Assembly: GCA_964016885.1 (NCBI GenBank)
Contig: OZ024758.1
Location: forward strand, 17,794,001-17,858,000
DNA length: 64,000 bases
Reading direction: 5' to 3'
From: Eledone cirrhosa
Taxonomy: Eukaryota
Of this stretch, positions 1-12,958 are shown in pieces (the stretch's first letter is position 1; every line of letters starts with the position of its first letter). Position numbers and translations under genes: made by a program. Below the pieces are notes generated by a model. It made no database searches. It was not told the origin of the DNA and was given only the letters and a program-made list of their open reading frames with translations.

Positions 1-54
1 CAAGTATTGAGTACTCTGGTGAGTAATGGTCTGATTTTTACCACTTCCATTCTG

Positions 55-92
<38 letters not shown>

Positions 93-105
93 TACATATA
101 CATAT

Positions 106-310
106 ATCAAGTTTAATATAGAAAGGGCTTCTACAGGACTTGAACTGTTTCACTGAAAAGATATCATCAGCTTTCCTGATGATTTCTTTTGAATGAAACA
201 GTTCAAGTCTTATAGATGCCTTTTCTATATTAAATTTGATGTTTACACTCTACTAATATATTGAGTACTTCACTAACTATGGTTGCTCCCGGCTGAACCC
301 AGGACCCACC
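106..310 (+). mobile_element. Fold-back hammerhead element, family A (decayed), between (TA)n tracts
   Basis: Imperfect inverted arms 106-170 and 176-240. The + strand reads CTGATGA(176)-tttc tttt gaat-GAAA-cag ttcaagtc; the inverted arm keeps ctgTA-gaagccc. The tail ACTCtactaatatattGAGT...ggttgctcccggctgaaccc resembles the copies at 12048 and 44501. Confidence 0.75.
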
Positions 311-359
311 CACACATATATATATATGTATATATAGATAAGTATGTATGTGTGCAGAA

Positions 360-535
360 TGCTGGGATAAATCAGTAGAGGACCCCAGTTAAAAAAAGGT
401 ACTCACTTCCTTAATAGAATATAGGCATATTCATTTTATTATAAACATGACTTCTACAGGATTAGACCTGTTTAATTCATAAGATATCTCCAGGAAATTC
501 CTCATGCTCTTCTACGAATGAAACTGTTCATTGAT
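360..535 (-). mobile_element. Family A hammerhead element, heavily decayed
   Basis: Minus strand cctggagatatcttatgaattaaacaggtctaatcctgtagaagtc aligns to the family A core and is followed by a gagtacc...actggggt tail. Confidence 0.5.
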
Positions 536-1074
536 AAACTCTTCTAACTTGAAAGTGTAAAGTAACATGTATGTATAGTCTTTAAGTTAAAGCTAAATTC
601 TACCAAATTCTCAGTATCTCTATGGATGTCAGGCAAGAGTCATAAACCATTTCTTGCAAATATTACCTGTAGAAAAATCCATTTAATGTAAGACACTTCT
701 GTAAAGGGAAAAAACAATATTTCATGTAAAACCTGATACTTCTTTCCTTTAAAATTACCTTCCTACCTTCCTACCTCTATCACAAAATAGACAAAAATAG
801 ATAAATATATAAGAGTAAAACCCCTAAAGATATAAAGAATGCTAACTGCACAAAACCTCATGGTATTACTATTTTCTACATGGAAATATAACAAAATAAT
901 CAAGCAATTGATATTCTGTGTATCATGAGTGCTATTATCCTTCCAAGCATCAAACAGGAGAGTATTGAGATCAATAAAAATGTCAATTGAATTGAAGAAT
1001 TGACTGTAATTTGGTTTAGTCTTTTGCAAATGTAAGACATAATTTCTGAACATCATCCCAAAGAGCTTGTACAC

Positions 1075-1700
1075 GTTACACACTCACACTATATAGATAC
1101 ATACGCAAACACACACACACTACACACACAACCACATGTTACACTCACACACAACCACATGTTACACTCACACACTATATAGACACACACACACAACCAA
1201 ATGTTACATACATACACTATATAAACACACACACACACACACACACACAACTACATGTTACATACACACACTATATAAACACACACACAACCACATGTTA
1301 CACACACACTATATAGACACATACACACAACACAACACACATTACATACACACACTATATAGACACACACACCCACACAACCACACATTACATGCACACA
1401 CTATATAGACAAACACACACACAACACACACACAACACACACACAACACACACGTTACATACAGACACTATATAGACAAACACACACACACAACACACAC
1501 ATTACTTACACACACTATATAGACAAACACACACACACACTACTCACACTACACACACATGTACACACACTCATACACTCACATTACACATTACACACTT
1601 ACTCACACTACACACACGTACACACACATATATTACACACACACTCACACACACATTACATACACACACATTACACATATACACAGTACACCTACAGTAA
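1075..1700. repeat. Degenerate (CA)n-derived compound repeat
   Basis: Recurrent acactatatagacacac and accacatgttac units within CA runs. Confidence 0.85.
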
Positions 1701-2099
1701 ATATGCATGTGAGTATTAGCTGGAAGATTTTGTTAAAAGGGTGATATTTAGTTTAGTAACTTCTTACATTATGTTATACAACAATTCAACCAAAAGTATG
1801 GAAGCAACACCAACACAAAAACCACTTTCAGTATCTCTAATCTAATTTTCCATTTTCTATGAATACCAATGAGATTTAGGATAGTATTTAACTTTTTCCT
1901 CTCAGAGCTGTTTCCCTTCTTAAACGCTGTTACAATAAGCAGTATGTGGCCTCTTATTGTAACTAATTTACTAAGATTGAATCCCTGTTGTTGCTAATGA
2001 GAATATATTCACGTATGTATTAAGCACGGTATTTGTCAGAATCCCTGTACTTGCTAACGAAAATATATTCACATATGTATTAGACACACTATTTGTCAG

Positions 2100-2392
2100 A
2101 AAGGTTGAGAGTTCAATTCTCAGACAGGGTGATGTGTTGTTTCCTTGAGCAAGACACTTTATTTCACATTGCTCCAGTTTACTCAGCTGTAGAAATGAGA
2201 TGATAGGGACTGGGGTCCATATCATTCCACTGCAAAGTGGTTGTGGAAGTGCCACAGCAAAAAAAGCACCCAGCACTCACTGTAAATGAGGTTGGTGTTA
2301 GGAAGGGCATCCAGCTGTAGAAATCAAGCCAGAATCAGTTCCTGTCCCACCCTTGCAAGCAGGGAAAAGCGGATGTAAAATGATGATGATGA
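2100..2392 (+). mobile_element. tRNA-CORE SINE (family B), 5' truncated
   Basis: B box gagttcaattc; CORE-like ccttgagcaagacact...cagtttactcagctgtagaaatg; tail ggaagggcatccagctgtag...(tga)n. Confidence 0.85.
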
Positions 2393-2416
2393 TATATATA
2401 TATATATATACACACT

Positions 2417-2675
2417 CAGCTCCGATACTATAGACATGTGGTTAGAATGCCTCAGGAAAGAAGCGCTGGACAAATTTTATGGGCAAAACCAACTGGAAAG
2501 AGACCCAGGGGTAGACCCTGAGCAAGATGGTTGGATAACATCAATGAGCTTAGCTGGTCACACTTGGGGATGCAGCGGTATTAGTTGGAGTCAGTTGCTT
2601 CTGACAGGACCCACTGGAAGGAGTGTTTAAGGTCTTTTCCCCCCCACAACCCTATAAGGAATAAATAGAAGAAGA
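2417..2675 (+). pseudogene. RTE-clade LINE 3' end (RT ORF C-terminus, stop codons)
   Basis: Translates as QLRYYRHVVRMPQERSAGQILWAKPTGKRPRGRP*ARWLDNI...ASDRTHWK, matching the RTE C-terminal GHVxRM...G.RP.GRP..RW.D...DR..W pattern; short (gaa)n tail. Confidence 0.85.
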
Positions 2676-3119
2676 ATATTATGTGTACTATACAAATGAA
2701 TATTTTCCTAGTTATTAGTATATCATCAATCTCATTGGTCTCTAAATCATGTGAAAGAGCAAGATGTTATTTCAGAATGTCAAAAATGCAAATTTCAATT
2801 CATAATAAATTTTGTGCATAGCTTTCAAAGCAAGAAACACCTAAACTATGAATGTAAACATTGCCAACATTTCTGAGGCACCTGTTTCTCATTGATAACC
2901 TTGCTTATTTTATTCATTAAGAAATGAAGTAAAAATGTATTTTTTTAATTTTTAATAATCTACTTTATAATATGTATTATAATATGTATATATAACTAAT
3001 TGGAATACATTTTTGAATTTAGGTACAAAGTGCGCCAAAATATTTATACTTATTCTAAAGCACACTAGTGAGTTAAAAGAGTCAAAACAAACTGTTGTAA
3101 AATACATAGCTGTTTATTT

Positions 3120-3372
3120 ATACCGACCAGTCTGTTGAGCACCAATTGGCGCCGCTGGTCACAGCACGTCGTGCTGGTTTAGCCATAAGATAACGCCATC
3201 CCACTGGCTGGGCGGGCAGGCTGGTACTCATTTCTACAGCTGAGTATATATAAACTGGAGCAACGTGAAATAAAGTGTCTTGCTCAAGGAAACAACACAT
3301 CACCCGGTCCGAGAATTGAACTCACAACCTTTCGATTGCAAGCCCAATGCTCTAACCACTAAGCCATGCACC
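3120..3372 (-). mobile_element. tRNA-CORE SINE with alternative tail
   Basis: Same head and CORE as family B, then gagtaccagcctgcccgcccagccagtggg...gactggtcggtat. Confidence 0.8.
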
Positions 3373-3499
3373 TTCACACATGCACACACACACACATATA
3401 TATATATATAGATATATATATATATATTTATATATATATATATATAAAATCTCTGAAAAATATAATACATAAAAGATATATTGATGATGATGATGATGA

Positions 3500-3660
3500 T
3501 GGTGGTGAGGATGACTTGATCGTTATGGTGGTGGTGAGGATGACTTGATCGTTATGGTGGTGGTGAGGATGACTTGATCATGATGGAGGTGGTGAGCATG
3601 AGTTGATCAGGATGGTAATGGTGAGGATGACTCGATCATCATGAGGATGAGATGATGGTG
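3500..3660. repeat. 27-bp minisatellite (ggtggtgaggatgacttgatcgttatg-like)
   Basis: About 5 decaying direct copies. Confidence 0.8.
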
Positions 3661-3724
3661 GTGATGATGCAATGGTTATGATGGTAGTTTTGGAAATATT
3701 TTACAAAAATGATACCACATCTTT

Positions 3725-3805
3725 TAAAACAACATATATCTAATTTAACATAAAAACAACATATATCTAATTTAACATAAAAACAACATATATCTAATTT
3801 AACAT
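3725..3805. repeat. 27-bp tandem repeat x3
   Basis: aaaacaacatatatctaatttaacata repeated three times. Confidence 0.9.
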
Positions 3806-4067
3806 ATGTTTATACCATTATTTTATTATTTCATTGCAAAATGTTTATATCATTATTCAAGTAATATGATAACATATATCATAATCTCTACAACTGTGAA
3901 ACAGAGCAAGAAAAAATGAGGTTAGATGATTAAATAAATAATGATGTTTATAGGGCAAACAATGCTTCCCTGCTTTCTTACCATTACACTCCACACTTTC
4001 CCCCACACAACCACACAAACACACATCGACACACACACATATATCGACACACACATATTGACACAAA

Positions 4068-4455
4068 CACATGGCTTAGTGGTTAGAGCATTGGCCTTGC
4101 AATTGAAAGGTTGTGAGTTCAATTCTCAGACCTGGTGATGTGTTGTTTCCTTGAGCAAGACATTTTATTTCACATTGCTCCAGTTTACTCAGCTGTAGAA
4201 ATGAGATGATAGGGACTCGGGTCCCTATCATTCCATTGCAAAGTGGTCGTGGAGGTGTCACAGCAAAAAGCACCCAGCCCACACTGTAAAGTGGACGTGT
4301 AAGCGCCACGGGAAAAAAGCACCCAGCACTCACTGTAAATGAGGTTGGTGTTAGGAAGGGCATCCAGCTGTAGAAATCAAGCCAGAATCAGTCCCCGTCC
4401 CACCCTTGCAAGCAGGGAAAAACGGACGTAAAATGATGATGATGATGATGATGAT
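4068..4455 (+). mobile_element. tRNA-CORE SINE family B, near full length
   Basis: A box tggcttagtgg, B box gagttcaattc, CORE, internally duplicated tail module, (tga)n end. Confidence 0.9.
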
Positions 4456-4951
4456 GACATCCACACACACATTGACACAAACACACATCCACATACACAC
4501 ATCCATGCACATGCACACATACATATGTATAACACGGAAATAATTAACAAAAATGTTATCTGGGATTGATGCTTCTTTTTAGAAAATATTATTGAAATGT
4601 GTGATATACATGACAAGAATATTATAGGACATCTTGTAAAGATATTTCATTATCAAATCAAACAAAACAACAACAAAATTCAATAAAATTATAACAAGAA
4701 AATACAGATCAAAGCCAATTGCAAAACAAAAGACAAACAAAAACCAAAACACCAAAAATAAAACAAGCAGCAAAAGTGAGAATCTCACATGAATAACATC
4801 TACAAAATTCCATCTAAATTTCTACATCAATCTCTATGAAATAATTCATTTAGGGATTTCTTCTCCAAATCATCATATTTAGGTTATAAGTTCTATTAGA
4901 TGGACAGATTATAATATTCAACATAATGATATGAAGTGTAATCTAGGTTAA

Positions 4952-5171
4952 CCCTTTAGCATTCACATTATTCTATATATACTATTATATTTTTGTGCTA
5001 AAGGCTTTACCTCGCATAATTATCTCACATAATATCGAATCTATGAGATTTTGAAAGTATTTATTTTGAGAACAATATTTTAACATCAGTATGAGTGGCC
5101 AGTTACAGCCAGTTTCAACAGAAAGAGGTAGAGAATTCTGGCCAGTTTTGGCCGGTTTGAACATTAAAGTG
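4952..5171. mobile_element. piggyBac-type MITE with TTAA target-site duplication
   Basis: TTAA|ccctttagcattca...tgaacattaaagtg|TTAA. A second copy lies at 14249 and the empty paralogous site at ~5309. Confidence 0.8.
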
Positions 5172-5849
5172 TTAAGATAGAATGGGATATTAAAAACAAA
5201 ATGGCTGAAAACAAATGCTATAATGCTAATTAGTGATCACATTGTTATACGTTCTATTAGAGGGATAAATTATAATATTCAATATAATGATATGAAGTGT
5301 AATGTAGGTTAAGATATAATATGAAAAACAAAATGGATGCTATATCAGCAATGTGATGCAGATAAATTTCTTACAACTTACAAAGCACAGAATCCTGTGA
5401 CACCAAAGTCTATCTTTATTTACATCTTCTCTCCTCTTTCATTTTCTTTCGTAGGGTTATCCCACTTTTTTCCCCATGCTCTAGTTCTTCCTTTTCCCCT
5501 CCTTTACTCCGTTCTCTCCTAATTTCCTCTCATTTCCCTACTTTACTTTCGTAGGCTTTACACTTACATACCCTACTTTTTTCCCCATTCCCCAGTTCTT
5601 CCCTTTTCCCTCTTTACCCCGTTCTCTTCTGTTTCCTCTCATTTCCCCACTTGTCTTTTCCTTCCATCCACCTTTTATCCCATTTTCCCCTTCTTTGATC
5701 ACTTTCCCCATTGCCCCTTCGCTTCCTCCTCCTTTGCAATCTTTCTCCTTCTTTAACCTATTTATCCCTCTTTAGACCATTATCCACTTTTGTTCAATTG
5801 TTTCTAAAACAATTGACAACAGTAAAAAATAATCGTTTTGTTGTTGTTG

Positions 5850-5925
5850 TTCGCCTTCTTCTTCTTCTTCTTCTTTGCCTTCTTCTTTGCCTTCTTCTTC
5901 TTCTTCTTCTTCTTCTTCTTCTTCT

Positions 5926-5960
<35 letters not shown>

Positions 5961-6097
5961 TTTTTCTTTTTCTTTTTCTTCTTCTTCTTCTTCTTCTTCT
6001 TCTTCTCCTTTGCCTTCTTCTCCTCCTCCTCATCTTCCCACTCCTCCTTCTTCTTCTCCTTCTCCTTCTTGTTCTTGTTCTTGTTGTTCTTCTTCTT
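5850..6097. repeat. (CTT)n microsatellite
   Basis: Direct inspection. Confidence 0.95.
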
Positions 6098-6136
6098 GGG
6101 AGGGTGGTTGGCACAGAGTCCTCAAAACCTCCTGAC

Positions 6137-6240
6137 AGCGGGTTAACTTTGCCTTTCATCTTTACGGGATCGATAACATAAAGCACAATTAATGCACTGG
6201 GGTAATTGCTGGCCTTGTGCCCAATGTAGAAACAACTATT
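6137..6240 (+). mobile_element. SINE family A 3' fragment
   Basis: ggttaactttgcctttcatc...gctggccttgtgcc...gaaacaa. Confidence 0.8.
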
Positions 6241-7036
6241 AGTGGTAGTGTTTGTGGTGATAGGAATAGTAGTAGTACCATAGTAGTAGTAGTAATAGTA
6301 GTAGTTATTGTAAGAATAGTAGTGGTGGTGGTAGTAATAGTTGCTGTTGTTGTTCTAAATGTCAATGTAAATATGAGATTAGTTATAAAAGTAAGCAGTC
6401 TTATGTAATAAAGCACATTTCATTTATATAATGTCTTCAGCAAACTATTTGAAATAAATTCAACAACATTCTGTGAACATTGACTGTTTAATGAGACAAT
6501 TAAATTATCTTTTAACTCATAGGTATATTTTTACTTGCTAAAATTACTAGTTAAGAATATTTATAGTGTCATGTCTAAAACCAGGAATTAAAGCAAATAA
6601 ACTCACCTTCCCACAAAATAAAAAGTTAAACTGAAATAAAATGAAGCCATGGCTATAAGCAAATAGTTTCTCAATGTTATTAGATATAAAGTCATCATAA
6701 GAAAAAAAGTATTATTTTTTCGTTTATTATGGTATTGTTACTTGATGAATTTAATTGTATTCATTGAGGTCATATTCTAAATGAATTGTCCAGTTGTCTC
6801 CATGTTAAAACATTTGATTGATCACTGATTTGCCTACAGTGAAATGCTCATTGTTGCAAGCAATTGACTGGCATTCAGAAATAATTTACAGCTGCTAAGT
6901 ATGCAATTATTTAGGAACAGATTCGAGTTTCATCAATATATATAATTGATATGGTGTGTTGTGATGTTCGCATGGGCGAAACTCCATTCAGTACACTTTA
7001 ACCTGTGGTTAGCACCAATGTAAATAATTGGATATT

Positions 7037-7554
7037 GTGTGGCCTGGTGATAACGGTGTTGGACTTATGATCATAATGTTGTGGGTTCGATTCCTGGGCT
7101 GGGGTACATGATGCTTGTTGTGTTCTTGAGAAAAATATTTAATTTGACATTGGTGCAGTATACTCAGCTAAAAATCAGTACCAGCAATAGCTGGGAGTTT
7201 AACCCTGCGATGGACTGGTGACATGCCCAGGAAGGATTCTTGTACTCTGTCACTTTACGCCATGAAACCGGGATAAGCACTGGCCTAACGATCATAAGTC
7301 AAACACCATTACCACTAGGCCATGCACCTCCACATATAAACAGGAGATATCTTTACACTGTAAAGAGGTCATGTAAGCGACACAGCAAAAATAACCCAGC
7401 ACACACTGTAAATGTAGTTGGTGGTAGGAAGGGCATTCAGCTGTAGAAACCAAGCCAAAATCAGTTCTGTGTGAGTGAATCATGGTCCCCTTACCTGATC
7501 CCTCACAAAGCGACAGCCTGTCCTATCTATGCTAGCGTGGAAGATGAACATTAA

Positions 7555-7610
<56 letters not shown>
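7037..7610 (+). mobile_element. Composite tRNA-CORE SINE with extra central domain and family B-like tail
   Basis: ggttcgattcc B box, CORE, aaccctgcgatggactgg...gaaaccggg domain, then the ggaagggcattcagctgtagaaa tail and (atg)n. Confidence 0.75.
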
Positions 7611-7611
<1 letters not shown>

Positions 7612-8727
7612 ATGATGACTTCAATGATTAATTTGTCAACTAAAAACATTATTTTCATAGACTGCGTAAAAAAAAAAAAAAATCTCAACTGGTAAAAGCT
7701 AAGATCCTCTGGAAATATTGAATGCAAACTTGCAATTACTGTCAAAGAGAGATGAAATTGCTTATCAAGGAAGTAATGCTATATCAAGAAATCATTTTCC
7801 AACGAAGGAATCACCATTTTGTGGTACACGCACGTATATACATTGAAAAATACACGCACACATCTATATTTATAAAAATACACACACATGTATATATTAA
7901 GATATGCATGCACACACATATATACATTCAAAAATACACACACAGACACATATATACATTAAAAATACACACGCACACATATATAGATTAAAAAATACAC
8001 ACACATATACATTAAAAATACACACACACATATATACATTAAAACATACACACATACACATATATACACTAAAAAATACACAGACACATATATACATTAA
8101 AAATATTCACACAGATACATATATACATTAAAAATACACACAGAAACACACATATACATTAAAAATATACACACGCACACATATACATACATAAAAAATA
8201 CACACAGTCATATATACATTAAAGTACACATACAGACTCATATATACATTAAAAATACACACCCAGACATATATATATACATTAAAAACACACAGACATA
8301 CAAACATTAAAAATACCAACACGCACACATATATCCATTATAAATACACACGCACACATATACTTACTTCCATTATAAATACAACCATTATATTCTGGTG
8401 ACCCAGTCCACTAACATCTTTTCTCAATTTTATTTTCTTCTCTATAGCCAACATTTCCTACAACTTTATCACTATCCTATACCTAAAACCTACATCTCTG
8501 CTTAGCAATGCTTCAACTTTATACTCTTATTTAATGTTTCTAAGCTGTCTAGGCTTTTACTAATCTGAATTCTGTGAAAATGAAAACAATACACTAAGGA
8601 GTGGATCTTATATTTACAGCCAAATGGTGATAGCAACAGAAGAATTTCTATCTTGGTAGAACACCTTAACAAACGATATAGCAAATTAATTATACTTAAT
8701 CTTATATATATATATATATATATATAT

Positions 8728-8900
8728 GTAACGAAGGAGTTCTGGTAAGGAACCAGGTGGACCATAATGCACCAGAGTACTCGATACTTAGGGTAGTAGA
8801 GTGGGTAATAGGTAAATATTTACCAGGCTAAAGATTCTAATTTAGTCCAGAAATAGCCATCGAAACGGCTTGAGCTCTGCCGTTGGGGGGGGGGGGGGTC
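8728..8900. mobile_element. Family C hammerhead-remnant element in (TA)n
   Basis: Tail near-identical to 12786-12866 (minus strand). The inverted part carries cGAAAcggcttgagctctgccGTTgggg. Confidence 0.7.
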
Positions 8901-8909
8901 ATACATTTT

Positions 8910-8947
<38 letters not shown>

Positions 8948-8975
8948 TGGTTACACAACAGTTAGTTCACCATAC

Positions 8976-9013
8976 CGAGAACAATTGTTTCAATTTAGCG
9001 GATCCTCAGCTTG
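8976..9013 (-). ncRNA. Minimal type I hammerhead-like motif
   Basis: CAAG-CUGAGGA-uccgcuaaauu-GAAAC-AAUU-GUU-CUCG with a palindromic ACAAUUGU helix III. The inverted copy at 9020 has CGAG, which restores helix I. Helix II is poor. Confidence 0.55.
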
Positions 9014-9056
9014 TATTTACGAGCTGAGGAACCGCTAAGGTCTCGCCAGTGTTCAT

Positions 9057-9287
9057 TTAAATGAACACTGGCGAGACCTTCAAGATAGTAAAGAATCATC
9101 TGTACTCTACCAACATGCTAAAATAGAACATAGGGGTAAATAAGAGAACATAGAAATAAAAATAGAATCTACACACAGAAAAGACGCAATGTTTAGACAA
9201 ATCACAGAGGCAATAAACATAAACAAACTCCAACCAAAATTAAATAGAAAACATGAGTGGAACAGCAACATCACAACTTACAATTAA
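9057..9287 (+). pseudogene. Penelope-like retroelement GIY-YIG endonuclease C-terminal remnant
   Basis: LNEHWRDLQDSKESSVLYQHAKIEHRGK*ENIEIKIESTHRKDAMFRQITEAININKLQPKLNRKHEW... contains the EH, S.L..H....H, R.I.EA..I and P.LN motifs of PLE endonucleases; one internal stop at 9141. Confidence 0.75.
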
Positions 9288-9488
9288 GGACAAAATGAAA
9301 ACACACACGCACATAGAACAAACAACCAACTAGTAACATGTAAATAAACAAATAAATAAACGAATATAAACACACACAGACACCCGGATGTAACACATAC
9401 GCAAACTAAGCACACAACACACACACAAAAACAAGATGGTGTAGGACAGAACAAAGGAGAGGCTCAAAAACAAAGAAAAGAATTCCCA

Positions 9489-9531
9489 GTCACTGAAGAG
9501 GCCACATAATGTGTGACGAAAGAACTTTGAC
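9489..9531 (+). ncRNA. Degenerate hammerhead-like motif in the PLE 3' region
   Basis: GUCA-CUGAAGA-ggccacauaaugugugac-GAAA-gaac-UU-UGAC: helix I GUCA/UGAC pairs, helix II is imperfect. Confidence 0.5.
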
Positions 9532-9803
9532 AATATATAAACAATCATCTTGTTGTGGAACCAACCAACCAACCGGAAATTTATAAATTTATTATAATAA
9601 ATTGAAGTGAAAGCAACTGGTGCCTGTGTTTCTTATCGGCAACATGACCCTCCCAAAGTATAACAATATCGGTTTCAACACACGTTTTCAGATAAAGAAT
9701 CTTGCTAAACAAATTCAGAAACGATATATATATATATATATACAATATATATATATATATATATAGTATATCGTATATGTATGTATATATGTATATACGT
9801 ATA

Positions 9804-9834
<31 letters not shown>

Positions 9835-9876
9835 CTGATTGAATTATATATCTATATATAATTCAATCAGTCATCA

Positions 9877-10329
9877 TGGCAGGATCAGTAGAGAGTCGGA
9901 CGCCGTGCTTTCCAGTATAGTTACGTCCCTTTACAGTCTGAGTTCAAATCCCGTCGAGGTTAACTTTGCCTTTCATCCTTACGGGGTCGATAAAATAAAG
10001 TACCAGTAATGTACTGGGTAATTGCTGGCTTTGTGCCAAACGTAGAAACAATTATTATTTGGTGTAATCTATTTGTTTATTACATTATTTGTCTATGTTT
10101 ATTACATTATTTATCTTGTTTATTACATTATTTGTCTAGGGCGGTGGATTGGCAGTATCGGTAGAGGGTTGGGCGCCATGCTTTCCAGCATAGTTACGTC
10201 CCTTTACGATCTGAGTTCAAATCCTGCCGAGGTTGACTTTGCCTTTCATCCTTACGGGGTCAATAAAATAAAGTACCAGTAATGCACTGGTTAATTGCTG
10301 GCCTTGTGCCTAAAGTAGAAACAATTATT
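9877..10329 (+). mobile_element. Two tRNA-derived SINE family A copies (9877-10058, 10139-10329)
   Basis: A box tggcagtatcgg, B box gagttcaaatcc, central gcctttcatccttacggggtcgataaaataaagtaccag (recalled as Deu/Nin-domain-like), aatt(att)n tail. Confidence 0.9.
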
Positions 10330-10575
10330 TGTCTATGTATGTATATATTGTATATATATATATATAAATGAAAGGATTACAAAAAGAGAATATATACTGT
10401 TAGAACATGTTTATATAAACATGTTCTAACAGTATATATTCTCCTTTGTAATCCTTTCGTTTGTAACCGCTCTGCTTATTTTATCGTCCGCTAAATATTA
10501 ACGCTTCCAATATTTAACCCTGTAGGGACAAGTATTGACCACAAATACACAACCTTTTGGCAACTAACTTTAAAC

Positions 10576-10671
<96 letters not shown>

Positions 10672-10672
10672 G

Positions 10673-11035
10673 GAGGCACATGGCTTAGTGGTTAGAGCAT
10701 TGGCCTTGCAATCGAAAGGTTGTGAGTTCAATTCTCAAACTGGGTAATGTGTTGTTTCCTTGAGCAAGACACTTTATTTCACATTGCTCCAGTTTACTCA
10801 GCTGTAGAAATGAGATGATAGGGAGGGACCCCAGTGGAATGATAGGGACCCCAGTCCCTATCATTCCACTGCAAAGTGGTCGTGGAGGTGCCACGGCAAA
10901 AAAGCACCCAGCACTCACTGTAAATGAGGTTGGTGTTAGGAAGGGCATCCAGCTGTAGAAATCAAGCCAGCATCAGTTCCCGTCCCACCCTTGCAAGCAG
11001 GGAAAAAGCGGACGTAAAATGAAATGAAATGAATG
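10673..11035 (+). mobile_element. tRNA-CORE SINE family B, full length
   Basis: Same head, CORE and tail as the copy at 4068. Confidence 0.9.
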
Positions 11036-11072
<37 letters not shown>

Positions 11073-11454
11073 TCTGTGTCTATGTGGCTATGACTATATA
11101 TAGCAAATGTTTAAATTAACAATGTATGCTTCATCTACAAATGAACGAATAACAAAGAAATTATTTTCCATTGAATATCAAGTGTTTATGTCTAAATCCA
11201 TTTTGCTATAAATATGTATCATGATATAGTGAAACACAGTTTAGTAATTGAATGTAGCATTGTATACTTCATAGGTGTTTCATTAGTTTGCTGTGTTCAC
11301 ATTTTCTCATGAGAGATAAGTATTATCTGGAAGTGATTTCATTGCAGATGTTTCAGTTAGTTTGAAATATATAGATCTCTGTCTCCCTGTTTTTTGACTC
11401 TCTCCCTGTTTGTTTCTGTCTGTCTATCTCTGTGTCTTTATGTATATATCTCTC

Positions 11455-11530
<76 letters not shown>

Positions 11531-11872
11531 TATATTTACTGTATTCTGTCTTAAGATTTTGCCCTTTGTGTCAGTTGGTCATTTGTTTCCTTATCTCTCC
11601 TCTCTCTCTTATATATATATCCTTGCAAGCAGGGAAAAGCGGACGTAAAATGATGATAATGATGATGATGATGATGATATATATATATATATATTTACAA
11701 ACATACATATATGTATATATATATATATATATTTACAAACATACATATATGTATATATATATATATATATTTTTACAAACATACATATATATATTTAAAA
11801 ACATACATATATGTATATATATATATTTACAAATATACATATGTATATATGTATATATATATATATTTACAA

Positions 11873-11907
<35 letters not shown>

Positions 11908-12047
11908 CTTACAAACATATAGGGAGAGAAACATACAGGGAGAGAAAGACGATTATTAGGAAGAAATATATATATATATATTTACAAACATATATATATA
12001 TTTACAAACAAACATATATATATATTATATTTACAAACATACATATA

Positions 12048-12205
12048 GTTTTAATATAGAAGGTTTCATTTATGAGCTCCCTGATGATTTCTCACAAATG
12101 AAACCGTTTTAGTCCTGTAAAAGCTCTCCTATATTAAAACTTTTATACTCTGCTATGTATTGAGTACCCTACTTACTGTGGTTACCTCCGATTCAACCTG
12201 GAATA
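12048..12205 (+). mobile_element. Family A hammerhead element (decayed)
   Basis: gagctcc-CTGATGA(12081)-tttctcacaaat-GAAA-ccg ttttagtc ctg-TA-aaagctc; short inverted arm at 12048-12070; tail TACTCtgctatgtattGAGTA. Confidence 0.75.
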
Positions 12206-12231
12206 ATTTATATATATATATATATATATTT

Positions 12232-12489
12232 CATCATCATCATCATTTTACGTCCGCTTTTCCCTGCTTGCAAGGGTGGGACGGGAACTGATTCTGGCTT
12301 GATTTATACAGCTGGATGCCCTTCCTAACACCCCAGTCCCTATCATCTCATTTCTACAGCTGAATAAACTGGAGCAATGTGAAATAAAGTGTCTTGCTCA
12401 AGGAAACAACACATCACCCGGTCTGAGAATTGAACTCACAACCTTTCGATTGCAAGGCCAATACTCTAACCACTAAGACATGTGCCTCC
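12232..12489 (-). mobile_element. SINE family B with internal deletion
   Basis: Reverse complement of the head and CORE joined directly to the ggtgttaggaagggcatcc tail. Confidence 0.85.
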
Positions 12490-12508
12490 ACTATATATAT
12501 ATTTACAA

Positions 12509-12618
<110 letters not shown>

Positions 12619-12785
12619 TTATATATATATATATATATATTTACTAACATACATATTTATATTTATATATGTATATATATATATTTACTAACATACATAT
12701 GTATATATATATATTTACAAACATACATATGTATATATATATATTTACAAACATACATATGTATATATATATATATATATATATA

Positions 12786-12958
12786 GCGAGGTAAAGTGGT
12801 AAGGAACCAGGTGGACCATAACGCACCAAAGTACTCAATACTTAGGGTAGTAGAGTGGGTAATAGGAGTAAGTAAGACCCCGACGGCTGAGCTCAAGCCG
12901 TTTCGACAGAATTAGCCGTCAAAACGGCTTGAGCTCAGCTGTCGGGGTCTTACTGGTT

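Noticed and set aside
6395-6445. Hammerhead on the minus strand (CUGAAGA...GAAA)
   Set aside because: No helix I or helix III pairing, no fold-back and no tail; likely chance.
9640-9720. Hammerhead in the gaaac..atattgtt repeat (also 59480-59520)
   Set aside because: No CUGANGA core in either copy; treated as an unclassified repeat.
10673-10745. tRNA gene
   Set aside because: A and B boxes are present, but there is no acceptor stem and the sequence continues into CORE; it is a SINE head.
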